A DNA stretch of 64,000 nucleotides. Source: Mobula hypostoma (Eukaryota). Numbering within the stretch: the first letter of the stretch is position 1; the number at the start of each line of letters is the position of its first letter. Below, in pieces: positions 1 to 13,425 of the stretch. The position numbers were made by a program, and so were the translations under genes. The DNA is taken from contig NC_086098.1 in the NCBI RefSeq assembly GCF_963921235.1, positions 237,026,001 to 237,090,000 on the forward strand, written 5' to 3'. The notes beneath the pieces were generated by a model. That model worked only from the letters and a program-made list of their open reading frames with translations. It did not search any database and was not told where the DNA came from.

Positions 1-520
1 TTTTTTTTCTATAGATCAACTCTCACTGGGTTATGGGAAATGGGGAATGCGATCTAGAAAACGAGTCGATAATGAGTTGGGACATGGCCCTTTTCATCAA
101 ACTAATTCTGACCGTCAGATACTGGTCAGTTCAGTTAACCGCTCCTTCATGATTGTGCACAGGGTCGAGCAGCCTGTGTCTGTGAACGGGACTGATGCAG
201 CTGCGTGCATCGTGATTTCCCCATGGGGACGGAGAAGGTGATAGTAGAGCCTTTATTTAGCGACAGTTACACAAATTGTTGCTGTTTCTGTCTTGTTTAT
301 GAAGCGGTGCAGGTGGTGCGGTCACTGGGTCTAGGCGCGGCGGGGGTGGTGGGGGGGGGAGTGGAGACAGGGCGAGGGAGACAGTGTGAGATATACTGCG
401 AAAATCTTAAAAACACTCTAAATCTGAGAGATTGAAACAACTGGAGGTCACGAATTGTAATACGAAATCTTTGAAAAATCGTTTTCATAAATTCAGAAAG
501 AGAGAGAGAGAGAGAACGAC
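1..520. other. Non-coding block paralogous to 30177-30490 plus 34300-34440 (upstream flank of an IgL array unit)
   Basis: Collinear similarity by eye: ttttctatagatc..tgggacatggccctttt..cagttaacc..ctgatgcagctg vs ttttctacagatc..tgggacatggtcctttt..cagttaacc..ctgatgcagctg. Also aaaacactctaaatctgag..aaatctttgaaaa vs aaaacactgtaaaactgag..aaatctttgaaaa. Confidence 0.85.
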
Positions 521-894
521 GGGAGGGAGTAAGTTTGAGAGGAGAGACAGGCGAGACAAGGAAAGGGAGTAGAAAAAGAGAGAGACGGAGAGGCAGAAAA
601 AAGGGAAGCCCATAGCTAATCATCCCACCCCACCTCCAGCATCACTGTGGCCTGAAAATTCTTGGGCAGACAGTTCCATAGATCCACAGCCTCTGACTGA
701 ATTGGGTCACATCACCGTTATTCATACAGTCTCCCACCGCTTCTCCAGAGGATAGAGATTTCGCGTCCTCTTTGTAGCAGATTCAGTATCTTGTCCACTA
801 GTGTCATCCTCTCCATTTTACTAAACTTCAGGCAGTTTGGTGTCTCCCTCTCAACCTGTCCTGATGGGGTCGTCTTCTCCTCCGGGGAAGCAAA

Positions 895-1795
895 GATAGA
901 TAGATAGATAGATAGACATACTTCATTGATCCCGAGGGAAATTGGGTTTCGTTACAGTTGCACCAATCAAGAATAGAGTATAAATATAGCAATATAAAAC
1001 CATAAACAATTAAATAATAATATGTAAATTATGTCAGATGGAAATAAGTCCAGGACCAGCCTATCGGCTCAGGGTGTCTGACCCTCCAAGGGAGGAGTTG
1101 TAAAGTTTGATGGCCACAGGCAGGAATGAGTTCCTATGACGCTCAGTGCTGCATCTCGGTGGAATGAGTCTCTGGCTGAATGTAATCCTGTGCCCAACCA
1201 GTACATTATGTAGTGCATGGGAGACATTGTCCAAAATGGCATGCAACTTAGACAGCATCCTCTTTTCAGACACCACCGTCAGAGAGTCCAGTTCCATCCC
1301 CACAACATCACTGGCCTTACGAATAAGTTTGTTGATTCTATTGGTGTCTGCTACCGTCAGCCTGCTGCCCCAGCACACAACAGCAAACATGATAGCACTG
1401 GCCACCACCGACTCGTAGAACAACCTCAGCATCGTCCGACAGATGTTAAAGGACCTCAGTCTCCTCAGGAAATAGAAACGGCTCTGACCCTTCTTGTAGA
1501 CAGCCTCAGTGTCCTTTGACCGGTCCAGTTTATTGTCAATTCGTATCCCTAGGTATTTGTAATCCTCCGCCATGTCCACACTGACCCCCTGGATGGAAAC
1601 AAGGGTCACCGGTACCTTAACTCTCCTCAGGTCTACCATCAGCTCCTTAGTCTTTTTCACATTAAGCTGCAGATAATTCTGCTCACACCATGTGACAAAG
1701 TTTCCCATCGTAGCCCTGTACTCAGCCTCATCTCCCTTGCTGATGCATCCATCTATGGCAGAGTCATCAGAAAACTTCTGAAGATGGCAAGACTC
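895..1795 (-). mobile_element. Rex1/Babar-type LINE, 5'-truncated 3' end (RT C-terminus) with (TCTA)n tail
   Basis: ORF 1061-1708 reads WCEQNYLQLNVKKTKELMVD..YKYLGI..KKGQSRFYFLRRLRSF. Upstream in frame is LQKFSDDSA. (GATA)n at 895-915. Confidence 0.85.
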
Positions 1796-2869
1796 TTCAA
1801 AAGATCAGCATGGGGATTTGGTTCCGTAAACTAAACCTGTTTCTTGTATAGAGAGGCTGACATCCACCGCCCCCCCCACCCCACAAACCAAACGTCCCGA
1901 CCTCAAAACTCTTTGGTAAAGGCCAATATTTGTCTCCCTCACAGTTTGCTGTACTTGGATGTACCTGTATCAGAATTCAGCAAAGGAAAAATGTGATCCT
2001 TAATTTTATTTATTGCCTTCAACTTAAGAGGAACTTTGTCCTTACATTTCAGTCTCTTTAATAAATATTTATCAGTGGTCCTTTTTACATCTCTGGTAAC
2101 ACACGATCACACTAATTCCTGATCCCTTTTTAATACCAAACTCATTATTTAGAGTTACAGGGTTATGCAGTATCGAAACAGACCCATTGTTCCTACTATT
2201 CCATGCGAATCGAGTTGCCTGCGTGTGCTAATCCTATTCGTCTGTACTTGAGAAATGTCACAATAAGGTTTTCACATCAATGTACCTGCCCAAATGTCTT
2301 CTAAACTGCAGTTTTGTCTGCGTACCGCCACCCTTGGCAGTTAGTTAAACATACCCAATTACTGACCCTGGAATCCAATTTGCCAATGGCCTTTTTGTGG
2401 CCTTTGATTCCTTGGATGTGAGCACTGGCCCATTTGAAAGGCGTCCTTATCCAGATGATTGATGCCTTTGCAACAAGCTCTCACTCAATTGGAGCGAGAA
2501 CAAGGACCTGATTATTCAATACAGGAGGTGGAAACCGGAGATCTGTCAGCCATTCCTCATTGAGATATCAGAGGTGAAGAGAGCTGAAATTTAAATTCCA
2601 GAGCATATCATTTCAGAGGATCTCACCTAGGTCGAGCACTTACTGACATTACAGGCAAAGCTTTGTTAGAACTTTGCAAAGATTCGGCATTTCGACGAAA
2701 ACTTTGGCAAACGTCTATACATAATCAGTAGAAAATATGCTGAGTGGTTACCTTACTGCCTGGTGTGGCTACATGACTGCCTTTAAATGCCTTGGAAGCA
2801 CAATTACCCGATTTACCAAGGAACTAACATGGATGATAAGGAGGATAGGGAGAGGCTAGGGCATTTCAA

Positions 2870-4445
2870 GGTAACTGGGGATGGTGTGTTGAATCTTAAA
2901 GAGCATTAAGGTGGATAAGTCCCCAGGGCATGATTGGATATACCTAGGTTATTGGGAGAGCCAAGGAAATGATTGCTGGGGCATTGACCAATACATTCAT
3001 GCTCTCTCTATCCACAAGCGAGCAGTAAATGTTGTTTCATTGTCATGAAAAGAACAAGGGTTACTTTTGGAAACTGTAAAGGCGAGTCTCACACCAATGA
3101 TTGGTAAGGTACTACAGCAAATTCCTAGGGATAGGATTTATGACCATTTGGGAAACCATGGCCTAATTACGGAGAACCAACATGGCTTTGCACGGGGCAA
3201 GTTGTGTCATACTTACTTGATTGAGTTTTTTGACGACATGACGAGAGGGAGCATGTTAAAAGTAGAGATGTAGATGTCGTCTATGTGGATTTTGGTGGTG
3301 TTTGACAAGGTCCTTCATGGAAGGCTCATCTAGAAGAATCATGGGGTCGGTGATGAATTGGCTATTTGCATTCACAACTGGCTTACCATTATAAGATCGA
3401 GGTCGGTTGTTGAGGGACTTGTTCCAACTGGAGGTCTGTGATTCATGGTGTTCCGGAGGGACCTGTACTGAGACCTCTGATATTTGTGATGTATGTAAGT
3501 AACCTGGATAAAACTGTGCATGGGAGGTTTTGTATGTTTCCAGATGATAGGAAGATTGGTGGCAATGTGAGTGGCTTAGAAGACTGGCAAAGAATACAAC
3601 GGCATATGTATCATTTACAGATATGGGCAGAGAAATAGCAGATAGAATGTAACCCGGCCAAATGTGATATGCTGCACCTTGGTAGGTCAAAAGCAAAGCC
3701 ATTTTAAAGGGCGACATCCTTTACAGTGTTGATGAGCAGAGGGATCTTGGGGTCCAAGCTCATAGGCCTCTGAAATGCATTACACAAATTGATAGGGTGC
3801 TTAAGAAGGGATATGGAATACTTGTCCTTATTAGCAGAGACATTATGTTCAAAAGTCAATGAAGCCATGAGTCAGGCCGCATTTGCATTATGACATACAG
3901 TTCTTGTCACCCCATTATAGGAAGACTATTAAGGCTTTGGAGAGTGTGCAGAAATTAGTTACCTGAATGTTGCCTTCATTAGATGGCATATGCTGCATCG
4001 AGATGTTGGGCAAATGTGGGTTCTTTTCACTTCAACGTCAGAGGATGATAGGAGAACTGATAGAGCTGTATAAGATTATGAAAGACAGAGACAGAGTAGA
4101 AGACAGTATCTTTTTCCTGGGGTTTAAGAGGTGCAATACCAGAGGGCATGCATTTAAAGTGAGAAGGGATAATTTGAAAGGTGATATGAGGGCCATGTTT
4201 CTTTGTACAGAGAGCTGACAATGCCTGGAATGTGGTACCTGGGGTGGTAGTCGTGGCAAAACTATTAGGAGACCTTTGGATAGGCACATGAATGATGAGA
4301 AAAAAGTAGGGCTATGGACACTGTGTAGGCAGAATAGATCAGTTTACTTGGCTATTTTATTACGAATGTAATTGGTTCTCACAAAATTTTGATCCGAAGG
4401 GCCTATTCCTGTGCTGCACTATTCTATGTCCTATGTTCTATCGGT
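2870..4445 (+). mobile_element. Decayed CR1 LINE ORF2 fragment with 3' tail
   Basis: Broken RT peptides NQHGFARGKLCHTYLIEFF and GVPEGPVLRPLIFVMYVSNLD. CTATGT-like tail near 4420-4440. Confidence 0.85.
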
Positions 4446-4730
4446 AAGGCCAAGAAAACTTAATGGATTCAACCCAGTCAATCACATGTAGTCCTTCCCA
4501 CCACTGAGCACATCGCAGTGAGGATAATAGCATCGATCACCGAGAACACAGACTTACAGATTTCTCGCTGCTGCCTCCATGATGAAGGTACAGTAGACTC
4601 AAGTACCACACCCGGATGTTCAGGAACTAGTCTGATTACAACTAAACCAGCAGGCGCTTGATCCCAGATGGGATAACTTCACCAAACTTTACTCACCCCA
4701 AAACAGAATTGATTCCACAACCTGTAGACT

Positions 4731-7205
4731 CATAGAAACATAGAACAAGTGACAGCACAATACAGGCCCTTCGGCCCACAAAGCTGTGCTGAACATGTCC
4801 ATACCTTAGAACCACCGAGGCTTACCCATAGCCCTCTATTTTTCTATTTATCTATCTATCCAGGAGTCTCTTAAAAGACACTATCGTTTCCGCCTCCACC
4901 ACCACCGCCGGCAGCCCATTCCATGCACTCACTCTGCGCAAAAAACAGCCCCTGACATCTCGTCTGTACCTACGTCCAAGCACCTTAAAACTATGCCCTC
5001 TTGTGCTAGCCATTTAGGCCCTGGGAAAAAGCCTCTGACTATCCACACAATCAATGTCTCTCATTATCTTGTACACCTCTATTAGGTCACCTCTCATCCT
5101 TTGTCGCTCCAGGGAGAAAAGGCCTAGTTCACACAACCTATTCTCATAAGGCATGCTCCCCAATCCAGGAAACATCCTTGTAAATCTCCTCTCTTCCCTT
5201 TGTGTGGTTTTCACGTCCTTCCTCTAGTGAGGCTACCAGAATTGACAGTACTCCAAGTAGGGTCTGACCAGGGTCTTATGTAGCTGCAACATTACCGCTA
5301 GGCTCTTAAACTCAATACCACTGATGAAGGCAAATGCACAGTATGCTTTCTTAACCAAAGTGTCAACCTGCGTAGCAGCTTTGAGTGTCTTATGGACTCG
5401 GAACCCAAGATGCCTCTGATCCTCCACACTGCCAGAGTCTTACCATTAATGCTATATTCTGCCATCATATTTGACCTACCAAAATGGACCACTTCACACT
5501 CACACGAGGAAATCTGCAGATTCTGGAATTTCAAGCAACATACATAAAAGTTGCTGGTGAACGCAGCAGGCCAGGCAGCATCTCTAGGAAGAGGTACAGT
5601 CGATGTTTCGGGCCGAGACCCTTCGTCCTGATGAAGGATCTCGGACTGAAACGTCGACTTTACCTTTTCCTAGAGATGCTGCTTGGCCTTCTGCGTTCAC
5701 CAGCAATTTTTATGTGTGTTACTTCACACTTACCTGGGTTGAACTCCATCTGCCACTTCTCAGTCCAGTTTTGCATCCTATCAATGTCCTGTTGTGACCT
5801 CTGACAGCCCTCCACACTATCCACAACAGCCCCAACCTATGCGACGTCAGAAAATTTTCTAACCCATCCCTCCACTTCTTCATTCAGGTCATTTATAAAA
5901 ATCACGAAGAGTAGGGGACCAGAACAGATCCCTGAGGTACACCACTGCTCACTGACCCCCATGCAGAATATGCCCCATCTGCAACCACTATTTGCCTCCT
6001 GTGGGCAAGCCAGTTATGGATCCACAGAGCAATGTTCCCTTGGATCCCATGCTTTCTTAATTTCTCAATAAACCTTGCATGGGTACCTTATTAAATGCCT
6101 CGCTGAAATCCATATACATGATATCTACGGCTCTACCTTCATCAATGCTTTTATTCACATCCTCAAAAAATTTAATCAGGCTCATAATGCATGACCCGCC
6201 TTTGGCAAAGCCATGCTGACTATTCCTAATCAAATGATGCCTCTCTAAATGTTCATAATTCCTGCCTTTCAGGATCTTCTGAATCAGCTTACCAACTACT
6301 GAAGTAAGACTCACTGGTCTATAATTTCCTGGGCTATCTCTACTCCTTTTCTTGAATAAGGGAACAGCAGCCGCAACCCTCCAATCTCCGGAACCTCTCC
6401 TGTCCTCATTGATGATACAAAGATAATCGCCAGAGGCTCAGCAATCTTCTCCCTCGCTTCCCACAGTAGCCTGGGGTACATCCCAGCCGGTCCCGGTGTC
6501 TTATCCTTCTTGATGCTTTCCAAAAGCTCCAGCACATCTTCTTTCTTAAGGTATATATGCTCAAGCTTTTCAGTCCGCTGCAAGTCATCCCTATGATCGC
6601 CAAGATCTTTCTCCGCAGTGAATACTGAAGCAAAGTATTCATTAAGTACCTCCGCTATCTTCTCCGGTTCATATGCAATGCTTCACTATCACACTTGATT
6701 GGTCCTATTCTCTGACATCTTATTCTCTTGCTATTCACATGTTTGTAGAATGCCCTGGGGATTTCCTTAATCCTTTCAGCCAAGGCCTTCTCATGGCCCC
6801 TTCTGGCTCTCCTAATTTCATTTTTAAGCTCCTTCATGCGAACCTTATAATCTTCTAGATCTCTATCATTTCCTTGTTTGTTGAACCTTTCTCAAGCTTT
6901 TATTTTCATCTTGATTAGATTTACAATAGCCTTTGTACACCACGGTTCTTGTGCCCTACCATCCTTTCCCTGACTCATTGGAACGTACCTATGCGGAACT
7001 CCACGCACTATCCACTGAACATTTGCCACATCTCTTCCGTACGTTTCCCTGAGAACTTGTTTCCAATTTATGCATCCAAGTTCCTGCCTGATATCCTCAT
7101 ATTTCCCCTTACTCCAATTAAATGTTTCCATAACTTGTCTGTTCCTATCTCTCTCCAGTGCTATGGTAAAGGAGATAGAGTTGTGATCACTATCTCCAAA
7201 ACCTC
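4731..7205 (-). mobile_element. Decayed CR1 LINE (ORF2 3' half), interrupted by a hairpin element at 5501-5720
   Basis: Peptides SLTSVVGKL..SQHGFAKGGSC..LIKFFEDV, KELKNEIRRARRGHEKALAERIKE and [21 protein letters not shown]. (CATAGAAA)n tail at 4731-4746. Confidence 0.88.
5501..5720. mobile_element. 220-bp palindromic Penelope-terminal-repeat-derived element with 10-bp TSD
   Basis: ACTTCACACT at 5491-5500 and 5721-5730 flanks the insert. The arms aacatacataaaagttgctggtgaacgcagcaggccaggcagcatctctagg and cctagagatgctgcttggccttctgcgttcaccagcaatttttatgtgtgtt are reverse complements. Confidence 0.8.
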
Positions 7206-8139
7206 CTGTCCGGGATACTTACAGGGCCTCTGGAACTCATGTTGCAGATATTTGTTGTTTATTGATTTATTATCCATTTGCCTATTTTCCCTTTTTGCAT
7301 TTGCACTGTTCGATGCCTTTTGCACATTGCTCTTTGATGTGGCTTTTTATTGATTGTATTGTTTGTCTTGTATTTACTGTACATGCCCGTAAAGAAATGA
7401 GTATCAATGTAGTATATGGTGAAAATCTGTACATTGATAATAAATTTCCTTTGACTTTGAGACGGAGAAAGTGGCGCTAGACTCTCTGGAGTTTCGGAAA
7501 ATGAAAGGCAACCACATTGTACTGAATGGACAACAAAGGAGACGCATGGTGCGTGTCACCTTGGGGTGGGGGTGGTGCGGGGATGGGACACTTGTGGGAA
7601 TAGAATGAACAACGGATCCAATTCAGTTAGAGACTGCCAATTTATGAAGTTCTCTCCCTCATGGCCCAGCCGATCTGAGTCGCTGACCAGATTCCAAACT
7701 GTGATTGTTAGATGTTTGGGAACAAAGTGATTCAGCATCATTCCTTGCACGAATGATGTCACTCGGAATCTCTGTTCCACTACACACTTCGTGTTCCTCC
7801 CATTTACCAATTAAGTAATGGCCTGGTTTATCTTACCCATATGCAACATGACAACAATGCCAGCTACATTCTCATCAAAATAGTTAATATAGCCGGCCAG
7901 TGGTGGAACGCATCCCAGTCTCTGCCATACACCATTGGCCGCAGTTCTCCAATCTGCAAAAGAACGCGCTCTCAGTCCAATGTCATCCTGAAATTTAATT
8001 TGATTAGCTATCTGCCTCACTCACCCTTTATAGGATAAAGCCTCGGATGAGAAATCTTGGAAAAGCACTTTCAACAGTTACCGCAGGTCAGCTGCACAAT
8101 CCGAGATGAACAAAAGGACCATAGTCTATACTGATCAGA

Positions 8140-8945
8140 AACAAGATTAAATCTGCAGATGCTGGAAATCCAAGCAACACATGCGAAATACTGGAGGAAC
8201 TCAGAAGGCCAGGGAGCATCTATGGAAAAGAGTAAACAGTTAACGTTTCGAGTCGAGGCCCTTCACCAGGACTGGTGAAAAAAAGATGAGAATTCAGAGT
8301 AAAAATATATGAGGGAAGGGGAAAAACAAAAAGGTGATAGGAGAAACCGGGAATGGGGGAGGGGGAGGGGGTGAAGGGTGAAGTCCATTGGTGAAAAGTA
8401 TAAAAGCCTGCAGAAGGGGGAATCTGATAAGAGATGACAAAAGGACATGTAAGAAAGGAAAGGGGAGGAGAACCAGAGGAAGAGGATGAGAGAGTAAGGA
8501 GATAAGGAAAGAAAGGAAAATAGGAATGGGGAATGGTGAAGGCAGGGCACCAGTGGAGTTTGGAGGAATCGATGTTCATGTCATCAGGTTTGAGGCTACC
8601 CAGACGAAATAAAGGGTGTTGCTCCTCCAACCTCATCTGTGTGGCTTCATCTCGGCAGCGTTGGAGGACATGGGCTGACATGTCGGAATGGGAATGGGAA
8701 GTGGAATTAAAATGGGAGGCCACCGAGAGATCCCCTTTTTTTCTGGCAGGCGCTCTGCGAAGATTTCTTCGAATCTACATCGGGTATTACCTATATAAAG
8801 GATGCCACACCCGGAGCACCGGATGCAGTAGATTCTCACCGGTATACAGGAAGCTGTATCCGGTGTATCTGGTGTAAACGTCGCCTATTTACTTTGTTCC
8901 ATAGCTGCTGCCTGTTCTGCTGAGTTACTCCAGCATTTCGTGTGT
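8140..8945. mobile_element. Penelope-like element remnant (GIY-YIG piece) bounded by inverted terminal repeats
   Basis: ORF 8633-8839 (-) IYCIRCSGCGILYIGNTRCR resembles the GIY-YIG N-terminal motif. The ctgcagatgctggaaatccaagcaacac repeat at about 8153 has an inverted copy at about 8880-8945. Confidence 0.7.
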
Positions 8946-8949
8946 GGTG

Positions 8950-9870
8950 CTCTCGAATGGTGTCCAAAGCCCCCTCTTTACTCTCTGTATACCCATGACT
9001 ATGTCGCCAAGCACAGTTCTAATCTGTTAATTAAATTTGCTGACGATATTACTTTGATTGGTCTAATCTCAAATAACACCGAGGCAGCCTACTAAGAAGA
9101 AGTCATGACCTGACACAGTGGTGTCAAGAAAACAATCTCTCTCTCAGTGTCACAAAAACAAAGGAACAAAGGAGCTGGTTGTTGACTACAGGAGGAATTG
9201 AGACAGGCTACACCCTATTGACATCAATGGATCTGGGGTTGGGCGGTTGAATAGCTTTAAGTTCCTCGGCATATACATCACCAAGGATCTCACGCAGTCA
9301 GTTCATGCTGGCTTTGTGGTGAAAAAGGCACAAAAGCTCCTCTTTCACCTCAGACAGTTGAGAAAGTTTGGTATGGGCCCCCAAATTCTAAAAACTTTTT
9401 GCAAGGGCACAACTGCGAGCATCTTGACTGGATGCACCACTGTCAGGTATGGGAACTGTACTTCCCTCAATCGCATAAATCTGCAGAGAGCGGTGTGGAC
9501 AACCCAGAACATCTGTAGATGTGAACTTACCACTATTCAGATATTTATAAAGACAGGTGTATAAAAAGGCCCAAAGGATTATTGTGGTTGCCCCAACTAC
9601 AAACGGTTCCAGCTGCCCCCATCTGGGAAAAGCCACTACAGCATAAAAACCAGTACCAACAGTCTCCGGCTCAGCTTCTTCCACCAGGCCATCAGACTGA
9701 TTTATTCACGCTGATACAATTGTATTTCTAAGTTATATTGACTGTCCTATTGTACATACTATTTATTATAAATTACTATTAATTGCACATCGCACATTTA
9801 GACGGAGATGTATCCTAAAGATGATTACTCCTCTTATATATCAAGAATGGTCAGTAATAAAGTCAATTTA
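8950..9870 (+). mobile_element. Rex1/Babar-like LINE RT 3' fragment
   Basis: LIKFADD motif near 9030. ORF 9247-9564 FKFLGIYITKDL..VVKKAQKLLFHLRQLRKFG. Confidence 0.75.
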
Positions 9871-10874
9871 ATTCCTTCACCTTGATTCATCCTTTCAACC
9901 ATTCAGTGACTGTTTATTTTTTTCCGCCTGATGGGTTATCATACTTTGTCTTTCTCTACTAATTCTGGCATACTTCATGATTGGGAAGGATGTGATTGAG
10001 GTAGATATCATTTTAAAGAGCTGTTAAGGTTGTGAGTGCGAATGGGCCCGGAGACAACTTAAGGTTATTAGTTCAATTTAGAGAAGAAGACATAAGGGCA
10101 GAATTAAAATGGAGAGATCTCTTTTTCTCAATCATTCTTAACTGGAGAAATGAAAAAGTGCATCCATTCAGGACTTTTAATGACAACCTGAAGAGCAGTC
10201 GGTCAGGATCAATTCCAAGGAACATCAACATGCAGTGTCCTTCATAACAACTCACTATCAGTTAATGACAAAACATCATGTAATAATCTCCATACTGACA
10301 TGAAAGCTGCCAATAAGCACAATGTCCAACTTCTCGGCTACAGATTTGCCATGCCCGTTGTTTTGTCTACTTCACGCATCAGATTGGGATTTCATAGTCT
10401 TGGCCTCACATTGATTTGTGCTAAAGTAATTGTTGAGAATGATAAACCAAGTAAGCATTTGCTGGAACCTTCTGCCTTATAGGTAATGTGCTTAGTTCAA
10501 AAAAAAAACAAAAAAAAAACAAGCTCCTGGAGAGACTCATTGGGTCAGGCAGAATCTGTGGAGATAAAGGAATAATCAACAATCTGGGTTAAGACCCTGC
10601 ACTAGGACAGTTCGTAGTTCGAGGACTAGTGCAAAAAGTCATAGATAAACATGAGTACCAAGGTAATGCTGTATGATTGGAAAATTTGTTTTCTGAATGT
10701 GATGTTAAATAGAAACCTTTTATCTCAGCTAAATTTAAATAAGCCATGGCATTTTTTTTCAAAGAAATATGGGGAATGAGGCAGTGATCTGGCAAATACT
10801 TATCAGTCAATATCCCTGAAGCATAACTTTGCCCTTATTACAAAGTTCTTTGTAATTCTTACAGGTTGGTTACA

Positions 10875-11257
10875 ATCAACATTTCGAATGTTGAAAGGGT
10901 TGGACAGAGTAGATGTAGAAAGGCTGTTTCCCTTGGAGGGTGAGTCCAGGACAAGAGGCCACAGTCTTAGAATTAGAGGGTACCCATTTAAATCAGAGAT
11001 GAGGAGAGCATTTTTCAGCCAGTGGGTCGTGTATTTACGGAATTTATTGCCACATACAGCTGTGGAGGCTCGATCATTGAGGGCGTTTAAGGAGGAGATT
11101 GACAGGTATCTAATTAGTCAGGATATCAAGGGATATGGGGAAAAAGCCGGAAATTTGAACCAGATGGGAGTATAGTTTAGCTCATGGTGGAGTGGCAGAA
11201 CAGACTCGATAAGCCGAATGGCCTACTTCTGTTCCTTTGTCTTGTGATCTTGTGATT
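10875..11257 (+). mobile_element. CR1 LINE 3' end
   Basis: ORF 10888-11175 LKGLDRVDVERLFPL..SRTRGHSLRIRG..FFSQWVV. (CTTGTGAT)n tail. Confidence 0.88.
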
Positions 11258-12031
11258 TTTTCTACATTACAATCAAGTCATGCGGTCCATTGAATCTGCT
11301 CCGCCATTACATCATGGCTGATTTTTCTCCCTCTCAACCCCACTCTCCTGAATTCTCTCCGGAACATTCGACGCCCTTACTACTCTAGAACCTATCAACC
11401 TCCGCTTTAAGTATACCCAATGACATTGTCACCATAGCTGTCCGTTCCAATGAACTCCATGGACCTAGTCATTAAGTCCATGACGAGAAGATCCCCCTCT
11501 CCAATTCCCCAGCAATGAACTGATAACGGAAAGGGCTCCAATTATTCCTGTAGAACATGCGTAATGAACCGAATGTCTCCCTTTGTTCCACCGTTGCAGG
11601 CTGTATTGGCTGAATCTGCCTGTTACTCCCCATGAAACAGGTCACGTGGATTATAAAAATAAAAACTTCTTTATGTACTCGGCTCTAGAGGTTGCTAGCT
11701 GCTTTCTTTGTGTTTCCGAATGGCTTCCAGTGTTCCCGTGTCGTTTTTCTAGACCAGTGTATCTGCTCTTGATACCCTCTCTCACTTTTATCATGTGAGT
11801 ATTTCAGGGACGAATATGTTCCCAAAAGTGTATCAGAAGTTTAACCAAGTGAGCGAGTTACTGGACGGTAGCAGTAAATAGTGGGATCAAGGAAAGGCCA
11901 TAGTGGAGGAATAATACTGATCTATTTCTGTAAAGTGAAACTATATAAAGGCTGGATCACACAATTGCACTCAATCCCTATCTTGTCCAAAGGAAAGTGA
12001 AACATTCTCCCCAATCACCAAAGCTGACAAT

Positions 12032-13425
12032 GATAGAAACCATAGAAACCATAGAAAAACTACAGCACAGAAACAGGCCTTTTGGCCCTTCTTGGCTGTG
12101 CCGAACCATTTTCTGCTTAGTCCCACTGACCTGCACACGGACCATATCCCTCCATACACCTCCCATCCATGTATCTGTCCAATTTATTCTTAAATATTAA
12201 AAAAGAACCCGCATTTATCACCTCGTCTGGCAGCTCATTCCATACTCCCACCACTCTCTGTGTGAAGAAGCCCCCACTAATGTTCCCTTTAAAATTTTCC
12301 CCCCTCACCCTTAACCCATGTCCTCCGGTTTTTTTCTCCCCTTGCCTCAGTGGAAAAAGCCTGCTTGCATTCACTCTATCTATACCCATCATAATTTTAT
12401 ATACCTCCATCAAATCTCCCCTCATTCTTCTACGCTCCAGGGAATAAAGTCCTAACCTATTCAAGCTTTCTCTGTAACTCAGTTTCTCAAGTCCCGGCAA
12501 CATCCTTGTAAACCTTCTCTGCACTCTTTCAACCTTATTTATATCCTTCCTGTAATTTGGTGACCAAAACTGAACACAATACTCCAGATACCGCCTCACC
12601 AATGCCTTATACAACCTCATCATAACATTCCAGCTCTTATACTCAGTACTTTGATTAATAAAGGCCAATGTACCAAAAATCTTTTTACGACCCTATCTAC
12701 CTGTGACGCCACTTTTAGGGAATTTTGTATCTGTATTCCCAGATCCCTCTGTTCTACTGCACTCCTCAATGCCTTACCATTAACCCTGTATGTTCTACCT
12801 TGGTTTGTCCTTCCAATGTGCAATACCTCACACTTGTCTGTATTAATCTCCATCTGCCATTTTTCAGCCCATTTTTCCAGCTGGTCCAAGTCCCTCTGCA
12901 GGCTCTGAAAACCTTCCTCACTGTCTACTACACCTCCAATCTTTGTATCATCAGCAAATTTGCTGACTCAATTTACCACATTATTATCCAGATCATTGAT
13001 ATAGATGACAAATAACAATGGACCCAGCACTGATCCCTGTGGCACACTACTAGTCACAGGCCTCCTCTCGGAGAAGCAATTCTCTACTACCACTCTTTGG
13101 CTTCTTCCATTGAGACAATGTCTAATCCAATTTACCACCTCTCCATGTATACCTAGCGACTGAATTTTCCTAACTAACCTCCCATGCGGGACCTTGTCAA
13201 AGGCCTTACTGAAGTCTATGTAGACAATATCCACTGCCTTCCCTTCATCCACTTTCCTGGTAACCTTCTCGAAAAACTCTAACAGATTGGTCAAACATGA
13301 CCTAGCACGCACAAAGCCATGTTGACTCAATAAGTCTCTGTCTATCCAAATGCTTGTAGATTCTTTCTCTTAGTACTCCCTCCAATAACTTACCTACTAT
13401 TGACGTTAAACTTACCGGCCTATAA
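12032..13425 (-). mobile_element. CR1 LINE, 5'-truncated, relatively well preserved RT region
   Basis: ORFs 12968-13330 ([40 protein letters not shown]), 12620-12889 and 12117-12668. (ATAGAAACC)n tail at 12032-12060. Confidence 0.92.

Noticed and set aside
9114-9160. RSS-like CACAGTG ... ACAAAAACA
   Set aside because: The spacer is 31 nt (not 12 or 23), it lies inside a Rex1-like LINE, and no Ig segment is adjacent.
9880-10860. Apparently TE-free island with 60-73 aa ORFs on both strands (e.g. SANGPGDNLRLLVQFREEDIRAELKW)
   Set aside because: No recognisable domain, splice structure or paralog in the other unit. BLASTX would be needed; a hit would reinstate it.
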